Part shown: one piece after another, positions 50,432-64,000 of the stretch
Position numbering within the stretch: position 1 is the first letter of the stretch
How the letters are laid out: each line of letters starts with the position of its first letter
Source of the DNA: Octopus vulgaris
Taxonomy: Eukaryota
Reading direction: 5' to 3'
NCBI GenBank assembly: GCA_951406725.2
Contig: OX597843.1
Location: 21,080,001 to 21,144,000, forward strand
Length of the DNA stretch: 64,000 nucleotides
The notes under the pieces: model-generated
The model's input: only the letters and a program-made list of their open reading frames with translations
Told to the model about the DNA's origin: nothing
Database searches by the model: none
Position numbers and translations under genes: made by a program

Positions 50432-53400
50432 CGTAGGAGTGGCTGTGTGGTAATTATCTTGCTTACGAACCACATGGTTCCGGGTTCAGTCCCACTTTGT
50501 GGCACCTTTGGCAAGTGTCTTCTGCTATAACCTCAGGCCGATTTGTGAGTAGATTTCATTGACAGAAACTGAAAGAAGCCTGTCGTATGTAAGTATATAT
50601 ATATGTATGTGTGTATGTATATGTTTGTGTGTCTGTGTTTTTCTTCCCAACATCGCCTGACAACCGATACTGGTGTGTTTACGTCTTAGCGGTTCAGAAA
50701 AAGAAACCGATAGAATAAGTACTAGGCTTACAAAGAATAAGTTCTGAGGTCGATTTGATCGATGTTTCTTTATCTCTCTCCCCTTAATACCACTCGCGGT
50801 ACAAAATTGATCAGTGTGTCCAATCTCAGCAAAATCCGAAGAAAAATGGTAAGGTTATATCATAAAACAGATTCCATGTGACCATTTACACGAAAATATC
50901 CCATTGACATTTAAATCTTAGTACATTATATGAATAACGGATGTTTCATACGTCGAAGTGCTTAATTTTGCTCACGGTTTAAATTTTCTTCAAAATCAGT
51001 TCATTATTTTATTGTGAATGATTTGAGGATTTTTGCTTCTCGCTTGTTTAATTTTAATTCTTCTACATGTCTCCGACATTAAACTTTCCCTAAAAGTGAA
51101 AGCTCATCAAAATCGGATGAATTCTGTAAAAGTTACTGTATAAAATAATAATCCTATGGGTGATTGCATGCAAAAACCCTATTGATTTCTTAAAATCCTC
51201 TGCTCACGCGCAGATATCGATTATTTGTCAACTCTTCATGCTGGCATCAACAAATACACATGAACTATAATCACGTATAAAATTTCTATAAAATCGATAA
51301 GAATGTGTCTAAGAATATGCTTATTTGCATTTATGCCTATTTCAAGCCATTTTGAATTAAATAAATACCTTTTCCGTCTCCCCCACCAATCATTTACCTA
51401 TATCTCAAATTTCATTAAAATCGGATAAAAAACATGAAATTTACGGCCAAAAATAAAGCCCCTACTGGAATTGGCACTCTAAACACCTATTGATTTTAGA
51501 AAACCACTGACCTGGCGCAATTAGTGATTTTTTTCAACGTCATATACTGAGATCAACTTACTGCCGTCAGCCACGATCACTCATCGATTTTCATCAGAAT
51601 CGGACAAAAAATGCAAAAGCTGCAGGAAAATAACATCGTTATGAGAATATGAAAGGTTACCGAACAAACTATTTAAGATGTCGCCATTGTTCTCAAATTA
51701 CGTTTCACTTTTCGTTTGAAAAGAAAGAAAGTGTGGATTATAATGGTGGTCACTGAATTCCCAAATTTTTCATTCAAAACATTTTTAAATGCGTCGTTCA
51801 AAAGCATTGGCCAAAATCGGTACCGATTGGGATAGGGGATGTGAATAAAATCAACACACATTAAAACAATTTTTAAAGAGCTTCCTGTCATCATCTGCAA
51901 AGTTGTGGTGAAAAAAAATGGAAAATCCTCACCAGAACGCAGAAAAGGTATCTTATGAGGGAATGCTGTACCAAAAGTCTACCAAAATATTCTGTTGTGG
52001 GATACGCTCGGCAACGAAGGGATATTTATCTAGAGTATATAGATATATGCGTATGTGTGTGTAGGGAATAGCGTAGACACAATACAGGCTACATAAGCTT
52101 CATAGCTAAGAGAACCACGAAAGTAGAATATTATCCTAACATGGGGTATACCACAAGCTACTCTTCAGTCAAAGGATATCTTGATTTTGTGAAGTTTACA
52201 TTCTCGTTAGAATCCCCGTGTAAACTCGTTGGGAATTTGATCAAAATGCAAAGAAAGGACAGTTCGGGAGGAAAACAGTTGAGCAGAAGGAAAATGCAAA
52301 TAAAATAGAAGAAATCCTATGTATAAGAATGAGAACGTTTGTTACTGATTAAGGAGTGTACGAAGACAAGGTTTGATATGGAAATTGGCTGGCGAGTGGC
52401 TTTATGCACGTATTCCGGGGTCATTCACGGGTCCGTTGTAGGATAGATAAGTAAACATATTGTAGCATTATATATAGCCATTTAAAACAGAATTATAGGA
52501 TGAAGATATAGGTGTAGTATTTGAAGTGGATAGAATGGTGTTTGAAGGAGAGGAAGGCGGAAGATAGGGTATTTACGTTGTAAAATAATAGACCACTGTT
52601 TGCTCGTCGAGTTGGTAGAACTAATTTGGCTTTAAAATCTAAGGACGGCGAGTGAAGTGGGAGATAGTAGTAGTAGTAGTAGTAGCTTTCATCTGAGATT
52701 ATTATGTGAGTGCGTATTAGTTCACACGCGCGTATATGGTGTGCGTCTGTAGAATCTAGTAGTTGTGTACGCGTGCCAGGGTCTTTGTATATTATCATAT
52801 ACTGAGGGATGTGTGTAGAGAGAGAAGAGTTAAGAAAATTTATGACGTATAAACGATAAGGAAAACAGTTTGGGAATTAAAAAATGAAAGAATAAAACTT
52901 TTAGGAAATGTTTACCAATATGTATGCAGAATAATAATGACATAACTATAATAATTCTATGACATATTGATTGTAAAATTAATATATTAATATCTTTTAT
53001 AAACATCTTTTATATATTATATTTATATTCTATATTTTAATTTTGATATACTATCTGTTGTGAATAGCAGAATACACCTAATCTAATATTAATAATAATA
53101 ATATTAGTAATAACTGAATATTATATATACTTATGGATGTAAATGTGTATGTATGTTTCAGTATATATTTATATATATAGAGTGGATGTATACTCACAAC
53201 ATGAGGGCTAAACAGCGGTGGTGTAATTCCCTTACGGGACAGTTACGTTATGTTGACAGTATACAACCACACCTTCGCTCCACCACCGCTCATGTCTCTT
53301 CGAGACATTTAGAAATTTAATATTTCTGATATATATATGTATATATATATACTCTTTTACTCTTTTACTTGTTTCAGTCATTTGACTGCGGCCATGCTGG

Positions 53401-53576
53401 TGCACCGCCTTTAATCGAGCAACTCAACCCCGGGACTTATTCTTTGTAAGCCCAGTACTTATTCGATCGGTCCCTTTTGCCGAACCACTAAGTGAGGGGA
53501 CATAAACAAGCGATACAAGCGATACACAGACATACAAACACACGCGCGCATACAAACACACACATACACACAACAA

Positions 53577-53627
<51 letters not shown>

Positions 53628-53821
53628 TACATATATACGTCGGGCTTCTTTCAGTTTCCATGTACCAAATACACTCACAAGGCTTTGGTCAGCCCGAGGC
53701 TATAGTAGAAGACACCCACCAAAGGTGCCACGCAGTGGGACTGAACCCGGAACCATGTGGCTGGTAAACAAGCTACTTACCACACAGCCACTGTATATAT
53801 ATAATTATGTATAACCATATA

Positions 53822-53861
<40 letters not shown>

Positions 53862-54440
53862 ATTAATTATGTATAACCATATATGTATGTATGTACGTAT
53901 GTATATATGTATATATACATGTATGTATGTATATACATATATGTATGTATGTATATACATTTACGTACATGAAGCCCAGTTACAACTGCAGCCGGCTATT
54001 ACCAGTAAAGGTTTTAGTTGCCAATTTGGTACAAGACATTGTAGATCTTTAGCTGGGCCAAAAAGTCACATTCGATCACAGAACCAGTAACAGTTAAGCT
54101 TCGTGTAATGGCCATATTCGATAACGAGGGAGCAGCCATAATATATATATATATATATATTCAAATGTGTGTATGTATTTTGTTTATTTTATATTCATGT
54201 TTATAATTATTATTGTACTTGATAATCTCTGAGGAACCCTGGAGATATATACAAGTACCTCATTGTCATCTGCCTATTACCTCAATACACTTGATTAATA
54301 AACGCAGAATGAGATACTTTTATCTATGGGCTGAAATTATTTTACTAATTTATATTCATGTTGTTCAATAATTACTTGTATCCTTATCTTATATGCTATA
54401 TGTATGTATGTTATTATAATTATGTATGTTATTATGATTA

Positions 54441-57400
54441 GTTTAGTGTTCGATTCGACACTCTTCCAGCAGCTCCTGCAACCTTGCTGGTGCCAAACGT
54501 AATGCTCTGCACCCCTTTGGACTACATCATCAAGGTCGAGAGAAGAATCCTGGCGATTGGGCTACCCAGGATTTTCTTAATTCTAGCCCAGGCCTGCGCA
54601 AAACTAGAGAGGACACTTCAGTGCTGCTGTAAAACGTGGCAGAAAAAATACGGGAGTTAACCGTCACGGGCGATAAGTCCATTGACATTGGCGTCCGATA
54701 TGGGCACCACGGGACACCTCTGACCGTGAGAGGGACGTCCATGTACCATTGGTTAGCTACTGCCTATCTAAAGTTGGGCAGCCCCCAGATAATAAGTTGC
54801 TGACCCGCCACAGGTCGCCTGCTTCATTGGGTGCTTGGAGCTAAGAGTTTGACTTGAAAACACTTCAAAATTACATAAGGTCGGCACCAGGCAAACAACT
54901 AAAAGACAAGAAACCACCAGTCCTACGGTTAGGAAGCTGGAATGTCAGGGCCATGTGCCCTGGTATATCTGATGATCTACTCAGGGTTGAAGACACAAGA
55001 AAGACGGCCATCATTGACCATGAACTAGAGAGGCTTAACATAGACACTGCTGGGCTGCAGGAGACAAGACTCCCCTCAAACGGCAAACTCAAAGAACAGG
55101 ATTTCACCTTCTTTTGGCAGGGAAGCGTTCCAGAAGAACCTCGTCAGCATGGCGTTGGCTTTGCAGTGAGAAATTCATTACTCTCCTCAATAGAACCACC
55201 ATCAGGAGACACTGAGCGTATCCTCTCACTGCGCCTCTCGACTTCTTCTGGCTCAGTACATCTACCCAGCTTCTATGCTCCCGCTGTCTACGGCTCAGAG
55301 GAGACCAAGTACCAGTTCTATAAAGATCTCAACTGTGTCATTAAAAATATACCAACAAATGAAAACATCTACCTTTTAGGAGATTTTCTCGCTCGCGTGG
55401 GATCTGACCATGATTCGTGGCCCATTTGTGTTGGACACCCTGATATTGGCAACATGAATGACAATGGTGAGAGACTACTTGAATTTTGCACATACCATAA
55501 CCTGTGCGTCACCAACACATTCTTTGCCAACAAGACATCCCACAAGACATCTTGGAGTCATTCAAGATCTCACTACTGGCATCAGCTGGATCTCATTATC
55601 ACACGAAGTTCCTTTCTGAATTCTATTCAACTCACCCGTACTTACCACAGCACGGATTGTGTCACAGATCACTCACTAATTAGAAGCAGGGTGACGATCC
55701 TGCTTAAAAAGTCCATCACTCCAAGAAAATGGGCCGACCACGCATTAACACTGCCAGAACATCGGACCCTACACTGCGAAAATGTTTTGCTGTTTCTATC
55801 AAGTTTGCCCTCAGTAGCTGCCCAACCTCCTTTGCTGAAAGTAGGTGGAATTATATCAGGAAAGCTTTGTATACCACATCAATAGATACTTTCGGCATGA
55901 GAGAAAGGCAAGATCGAGATTAGTTCAGAGCTGGAACCAGTTATCGAAGCAAAGCGTGCAGCTCTGATGCAATACAAGAGTGATTCTTCTACAACATCAC
56001 TCGAAGAACTCAGAAAGGCAAAAAATATAACCCAACTGACAGTCAGACATTGTGCAAATAGGTATTGGCAGGAAATCTGTCAGAGTATCCAGTCAGCTAC
56101 CGACAGCGGCGATACCCGTGGAATGTATGCCGGTTTGAAGAAGGCCCTCGGTCCATCCGCAACCAAGTCAGCTCCTCTGAAATCAACTACTGGAGATCTC
56201 ATCAAGGACCAAAGGAAGCAAATGGATAGATGGGTGGAGTACTACCAGGATCTCTACTCACGGCAGACCACGGTAGCTGAGGTTGCAATCGAGAGTGTCA
56301 AGATCTTGCAAGTTATGAGCGAACTTGACAGTCCGCCATCTATAGAAGAGCTATAGACGCCCTAGAAAGGGTATTGACACCTTAGCAAGTAGCAAATCTC
56401 CGGGAAAAGACGGCATCCCCTCAGAGTTCATCAAAGCCGGCAAAAACACAATCCTGCTTCGGCACCTTCATGAGCTTCTGTATCAGTGCTGGGAAGAGCG
56501 TACAGTCTCTCAGGATATGCGGGATGCTAACATCATTACGCTTTACAAAAACAAAGGTGACCGTGGTGATTGTAACAATTACCGTGGAATATCTCATCTA
56601 CGTACTGTTGGAAGGACCTTTGCTCGCGTTATCCTGTCCAGGCTACAACTGCTTACTTTTCGAATTTATCCGAAATCGCAGTGTGGCTTTAGAAGAAGCT
56701 GATCAACTACTGACATGATATTCTCCATACGCCAACTTCAGGAGAAGTCCAGAGAACAGAAAATGCCATTATATATGACCTTCATTGATCTGACAAAGGC
56801 CTTTGACTCTGTAAGTAGAAAAGGCCTCTTCATCCTGCTCCAAAAAATCGAATGTCCACCAAAGCTGCTGAGGATCATCAAATCTTTCCATGATGATATG
56901 CAAGGCACCATACAGCACAATGGATCAACATCAGCCGCCTTCCAAATAAAAAACGGAGTAAAGCAAGGTTGTGTCCTTGTTCCTACATTATTTAGCATCT
57001 TCTCGTTGCTGCTCTCACATGCCTTTCAGACATCAAATGATGGAGTGTTTCTGCAGAGTAGAAGTGACGGGAGACTGTTCAGTCTCTCGCGCCTGCGTGG
57101 CAAGACCAAAATAAGAAGCGTCCTGATCAAGGAAATGATGCAGCTCTGGTATCACACACAGAAGAAGCCCTACAAAGGCTCATCACCTGTTGTGAGTAGG
57201 CATGTAAAGACTTTGGCTTACCTATCAGCCTCAAGAAGACCAACGTCATGGGTCGGGCTACACCGGACATCCCAAACATACATATTGGAGACCACAGATT
57301 ACAGGAGGTGGGGAAGTTTTACCTATCTTGGCTCTACCAACACCTACAACCTATCCCTTGATGCTGAGCTCAATCTACGCATTGGCAAGGCAGCTGCTGT

Positions 57401-58142
57401 GATGACCCAACTCTCTCTCCAAACGGGCATGGGACAACAATAAGCTGACCAAGAACACAAAAATGAAGATTTACCAGGCATGTGTACTGAGCACTCTACT
57501 GTATGGAAGTGAGACTTGGACGCTATACACACGCCAAGAGCGTCGCCTAAATATATTTCATTTGCGCTGCCTCCGGAAAATCCTTCGCATCAGATGGCAT
57601 AACCATCTCCCCAACAAAGATGTCCTCAAGCAAGCAGGAAGACCAAGCATGTTTGCACTCCTCACACAAAGACGTATGAGATGGCTTGGGCATGATAACC
57701 GTATGGAAGATGGCAGAATCCCCAAGGACATACTCTACGGAGAGCTTGCTAGGGGCACTAGGTCTGTGGGAAGACCGCTCTTACGTTACAAGGATGTTTG
57801 CAAAAGGGTAATAAATGCCTGCAACATCAATATTACCAACTGTCAAGCAGTTGCCAGCAACCGTGGAGATTGTCGACGTACCGTAAAAGAGGTACACAAT
57901 GGAGTGACAGAGAGAGGAGAAATGGAAATACAAGAAAAGATGTCAACAAGAAATTATGACATTACAACCAGCCAGGCAAAGTCTTCGCTACATTTGCGGT
58001 GCCTGCCGGAGGGAGTGTTTGTCCAGGATAGGACTACACAGCCACAGCAGGAGATGTATTAGGATATGAAATGTAAAAACCGGACTAGATTATTTTATGC
58101 GCAACTCCATTGTCTCCCGAGACAAAAAGGATACCAAAAACA
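54441..58142 (+). mobile_element. Duplicate of the RTE LINE at 17374-21066
   Basis: Same flanks and the same stops and frameshifts (343, 64, 129 and 242 aa ORF pieces). Confidence 0.93.
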
Positions 58143-58237
58143 ATTATAATTATCAGTTAAACAAATAAATAAGTTAATATTTCTAATGTCCTAAAGTTGA
58201 TGAACCAACTATTGTTCTCCTCCATTTTCTTACGTGC

Positions 58238-58338
<101 letters not shown>

Positions 58339-59813
58339 GTATATGTATGTATGTATGTATATATGAGGAGGCAAAACTATAGGTAAATTTGTTGTTCACA
58401 ATGCACCATAATTTAAAAAACTTGTAATTGGTTTTAAATAACCTTATTTACATACATACAAAACTAGTTTCAACAATATTTTGGGTTTATCAATGGTAAA
58501 AATTTAAAATAATGAACGAAAAAAACATGTTTCAATGTTTACAAGTTTCAGTAATATGAAATATGATTTAAATATTCATAACATTCAATAATATAAAAGA
58601 TGTGGAATATCTTGGTTAAAAGCATAAAATTCAAAAGATTGATAAGAAATGTGGATCATCAGAGTTTCGGCCATACAGGGTAAAGAAGGAGAAAAACAAG
58701 GGAGTAATGGAGATAGTGGAAAAATGGAAATCTTTGAGCAGAGTCCCTGTGAATCATTTTCCGTCGTGTGCAAGGACTTTTGCTTGTAACGGCGTTTTTT
58801 CGAATTGGATGTGTTTACAATTTTTTTCCGTGAACCGATCTGATATTTGCTTCATTAAATTACAAGTGACCTCTAATTTTTCTGGTGGGCAAGGTGGTGG
58901 TTCTGCCTGATGGGCTTCCCATTGGGGGACGGGCATAAGCCATTCCAGCTGATTGATTCTCTTAAAGCGTCACTTTGTTGTGTTTGCTCAAGTTCGGTTC
59001 TGATCAGATGTATAATTTCAATGATTTATGTGACATCAGCAACTGGTGTTTATATGGTGTTATTGTATGGCGATTCGGATTTGCCATTTCGATACCTGTG
59101 TTGAAGACTGTTACTAAAGATTTTTGAATTATGTCTGTTGTATCTCAGTTTTTTATTGTGGAAAAATTGTTTCTTTTTCCTTTTTCTGTTTAGTGTTTAA
59201 ACAGAGGTGAATAAGAGAGAATGAATTAAACGATATTCTTTATTCTAAAACACTACCATTGTATATTGTTCAGATGATATAATTAATATATAGCGCATGG
59301 CTCTGTGGTTAGAGCGTGGAGCTTATAATCGTGCTGCGTGTTGAGTTCTTGAGCAAGACCCTTTCTTTCGCGTTGCTCCAGTTCAATCAGCTGTAAAAAT
59401 GAGTTGCGACGACACAGGTTCCAAGTTGTATCAGCCTCTTTGCCTTTCCCTTAGATAAAGAGGGGAGGCCGATATGCTGGTCTTCCATAAACAACATTGC
59501 CCGGACTTGTGCCTGGGAGGGTACTTTTAGGTGCAATCCCACGGTCAGTCATGACCGACGGGGATCTCAGCTTAATTCTTACCATATATCGTAGGAGCAA
59601 AATATGCTTTTAGGTGAGTATTTCAATAAGTTCTACGTTAGATCAAACTATCATTTCACAGACACATGTTCCACCTTTGATGAATGGCAGTGATCACACA
59701 AGATATTAACCATATCTCATCAATGGAATACGGGTGTGATGTGTTGACACAATTGCAGGGATATGGAATAAAGAATGTCGTTGAAACCATTCGCTTATTC
59801 CTCATCAGTTTCG

Positions 59814-59847
<34 letters not shown>

Positions 59848-62684
59848 TGTATGTATGTATGTATGTATGTATGTATGTATGTATGTATGTATGTATGTAT
59901 GTATGTATGCATGCCTGCATGCATGTATGCATGCATGTATGTAAGTATGTATGTATGTATGTATATACCATTCTTTCCTCTTTTACTTGTTTCAGTAAGT
60001 TGATTACTTTGCAGCAGGAGAATCACCTTGAAGTATGTAACTCGAACGAATCGAGACCACTAACTATTCTCTTAAACCCTGGTACTTACCCTGTCGGCCG
60101 CTTATGCGAAATCGCTTACTGACGAGGAATTAAACGCACTAACATAGGTTGTGAAGAAGTAGTGAGTACAAACATAGAGACTAAGTCACACACACACTCG
60201 CACACATATGTACATTATATGAATATATATATATTTATAGGCGCAGGAGTGGCTGTGTGGTAAGTAGCTTGCTTACCAACCACATGGTTCCGGGTTCAGT
60301 CCCACTGCGTGGCATCTTGGGCAAGTGTCTTCTACTATAGCCTCGGGCCGACCAAAGCCTTGTGAGTGGATTTATTAGACGGAAACGGAAAAGAAGCGCC
60401 TCGTATATATGTATATATATATGCGTGTGTGTGTATGTTTGTGTGTCTGTGTTTGTCCCCCTAGCATTGCTTGACCACCGATGCTGGTGTGTTTACGTCG
60501 CTTTCAATTAGCGGTTCGGGAAAAGAGACCGATAGAATAAGTACTGGGCTTACAAAGAATAAGTCCCGGGGTCGATTTGCTTGACTAAAAGGCGGTGCTC
60601 CAGCGTGGCCGCAGTCAAATGACTGAAACAAGTAAAAGAGTAAAGAGTATATGCAAGAGTTACGACTCTACTCCATGGAGCGAAAACCGGAGAGGTATGT
60701 AGTGATATGTGTGGAAGTTACTAGGGAATCTGGTATCAAACTTTGGAATTCAGATTTATACCAGACCTCGAATTGGACATCACTGCACGGTTCCAAAAGT
60801 CCCGGCTCTCTCATTTAATATTAGGAGAATGTACTGCAATAGTTTGGAGTTCAAGTGCTCACAGATATTTAACGCCTTGCCAACACATCTGAGGAGAGGG
60901 TGTAGATGTTTCAAGATACCACTTGACCTCTTGCTATCCAAGTGAACCAATATCAGGGCAGGAAACTCAAAAGACTGCAGCGGCAGCGAACTCCGGTCAA
61001 TCCCTTAAACTCGGCCAGTCGAATAAAAGAATGAATGTTTGAAAATGCAATTTTAAAAGATGTTTATTTACTTGACCGGTTTCACTCTCTTAGAAAAAGA
61101 ATGTCAAAAGTAACATGTAAAAGCTTTGTTGTGTTAGGTACTGGTTGTCTACAATACATACACACATTATTTGATAATAATATGAACATTTAGGTAGTAT
61201 ATAAATGTACAATGAGGGAGATATGTTTAGTTTGAACTGACCTGATTCACCATATTATTGTAAAAGCTTTTACGATAATATGGTGAATCAGGTCAGTTCA
61301 AACTAAACATATCTCCCTCATTGTACATTTATATACTACCAAAATGTAACCTTTTTGAACTTATAATTTTCTGTGTGTATATATACAGATACAATACCAA
61401 TTTTCCTCTGAACTTTTTAATAATTCTTTCTGTAAACTGTTTTAACATTCTCTCTTTATTATCAAATAATGCATATATGTATTGTAATATTTTGTACCCA
61501 ATATTTTAATGAAGTTGTCAAATTTCTTTTATATTTTCCCAAGATGTTCATATTCAAGATTAACATATTTTTATTATTATTAAAGAGAGTATATATGTAT
61601 TGTAATACTTTGTGACAACCAGTACCTAACACAACAAAGCGTTTACATGTTGCTTTTGACAATTCTTTTTAAATAAGTGAAACCGGTCAAGTAAATACAT
61701 ATTTTTTAACATTGCATTTTCAAACATTCTTTCATATATAATTCCACTCGTGAGGTACCTTACAACTCGAAACATTACTCTACGACAGTGGGTCGTACGT
61801 AATGTTTCGAGTGTATGGGCGCACGAATAAATCACAACTTAATAAAGAGCAAGTTCATCATATTTTTCCGATATCCTCGGTATTGTACATTGGGAGATTA
61901 TTCAGGGAGGACGTTTGGGGAAAATGACCGGATCTGGATTCGCGAAGTATTGAATGTTTCACGACAAAAATGCACCTATCACCTCACTCGTAAGTTTCTT
62001 GCCAAAAACAACATGCAACTGCGTCCGCATCAGCCCTATTCGCCAGATTTACCACCTGCTGACATGCATCCGTTTCTCAAGATGAAAAATCAGCTCAAAG
62101 GTCGAGATTAAGAGCAAACTTATCATCATTGTCGAAGTCAAGAGGTCCTCGACTCGCCTATGGAAACTAAGTCCAGGCCGGATTTCGGAAAGTGTCAGAA
62201 AAGCTGGGGCAGTTGTATTATTGCTCAGGTAACATGAGTTACTTCTATTAAACATAGCTCGTTCAGAAAATTTATATATACAACGGATTTCCTTCAGTTA
62301 CCGTGTACCCAAGTAACTAACATACACGGGTTTGTTCGGTTGGAAAACAGAGTACACGCAGAAGGACTGAATACAGAAGCAAAATTCCAATCACACAGCC
62401 ATGCCAACGCCTTAGCGTATGCACACACAACCACACATACACAATACAGACACATACAAAATACACACACACACGTATGACGGAAATGGAAAGTGGATTC
62501 TACGTGATACATTAATCATTACTGCCGTTTCTACCCGTCTTCAATCGGCCCCTCAGGGATGAGATAATGGTCGATTGGCCGCGGTGCATCTTTCTTTGCA
62601 GATGTTTCTCATCAGTTGACATTTCAAAAAGTTCTCTGCTCAATAAACTCGGTTTCACTTTGTTCGATTATAATGTATTTCGTT

Positions 62685-62760
<76 letters not shown>

Positions 62761-62762
<2 letters not shown>

Positions 62763-63229
62763 GCAAAACACGAGCAAAACAAAAAACTGTTCTCAGTATT
62801 TAAGGAAGCTGACAAATACAAACAAGAAATCATACCACCTAATAAATATGAAGAAGAAGAAGAAGATGATGAAGAAACAACAAAAGCTATAAAACAAATG
62901 AAATCCAAACTAAAAATAGAACAGCAACGAGCCATGATAAAACGATGGCAAGAAAAACCCCTTCATGGTAAATACTGAACTAAACTAAACGCAAAAGAAA
63001 TAGACAAAGAAAAATCCCAGCAATGGTTGAGAAGCTCAGGACTCAAAGCAGAAACAGAGGGATTTTTAATTGCAGCACAAGACCAAAGCCTCCCCACCAG
63101 AAATTACCAAAAACATGTAATGAAAAGAAATATTACAAGTAACTGCAGAATATGTGGAGATGGACAAGAAACAATAAATCATATTATCTCTAGCTGCCCA
63201 GTCCTGGCTAAGAAGGAATATATTCACAG
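62761..63229 (+). mobile_element. Duplicate of the Dong-like LINE with its 3' part removed by a deletion
   Basis: Same 5' junction after (TAA)n. Ends at EYIHR. Confidence 0.9.
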
Positions 63230-63257
63230 GAATATATGATAGCGCAGAAGATGATAC

Positions 63258-63319
<62 letters not shown>

Positions 63320-63806
63320 GCGACGATGATGACCATAAATATGATGAAAGATGTGATGAAAAATTAGAAACTGATAAGAATAACGAAGAATGTGAAGGAA
63401 AATAAATCATAGAATTATAGATATAGAAAAAATAGAAGAAGAAGACGAAGAAGAAAAAGTAGAAGAAGAAGAAGAAGAAGAAGAAGAAGAAGAAGAAGAA
63501 GAAGAAGAAGAAGAAGAAGAAGAAGAAGAAGAAGAAGAAGAAGAAGAAGAAGAAGAAGAAGAAGAAGAAGAAGAAGCAAAAATGATTCGTGAAGAGAGGA
63601 GAAAGCAGTTGAAAAAATTAAAAGCAGAAGAACCAGAAAATGATGAACAAGATGAATGTAGAGAAAAAGTTGTGATGAAGACGATAAATGCAGGAAAAGA
63701 AGATATATTAAGACGAGAAAAATAACGTGGAATATCAGAATGGGGAAACAAGTGGGAATAAAGGAATATAAATACAAAAACTATAGTCACACATCAAACA
63801 AACGCA

Positions 63807-63905
<99 letters not shown>

Positions 63906-64000
63906 ATACACGTTTATGTATTTGTTTTGCAAGAATTTTGATGTGAAATCGTGTGTTGAAACAGATATTTGTTGTATTTAGGAATGGTCATTTTGTCAGT

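Overview
AT-rich, microsatellite-dense animal DNA, probably an octopus (inferred from the tRNA-derived SINE families and the (TA)n/(TAA)n/(TATG)n content). I found no intact host gene; most ORF-track entries are microsatellite artefacts or transposon fragments. The window is a tandem segmental array. A near-identical pair is offset by about 36.4-37.1 kb (11321-28750 vs 47723-64000), and an older, more diverged partial copy lies at about 7080-11321. The array is built from decayed TEs: RTE LINEs, Hero-type and R4/Dong-type RLE LINEs, a Tx1/L1-clade LINE, Naiad- and Neptune-type Penelope-like elements (PLEs), a Gypsy LTR element nested in a Helitron, non-autonomous Helitrons, mariner scraps and three SINE families. 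Three points stand out. (1) Several minimal hammerhead-ribozyme motifs sit in PLE ends and in (TA)n-associated foldback palindromes, including U3-A8 compensatory and U4C core variants. (2) A Dong-like LINE sits in a (TAA)n tract, and the empty site survives in the older paralog. (3) Insertion and deletion junctions can be read at base level by comparing the copies. All family calls come from motif recognition by eye, and many boundaries are approximate.
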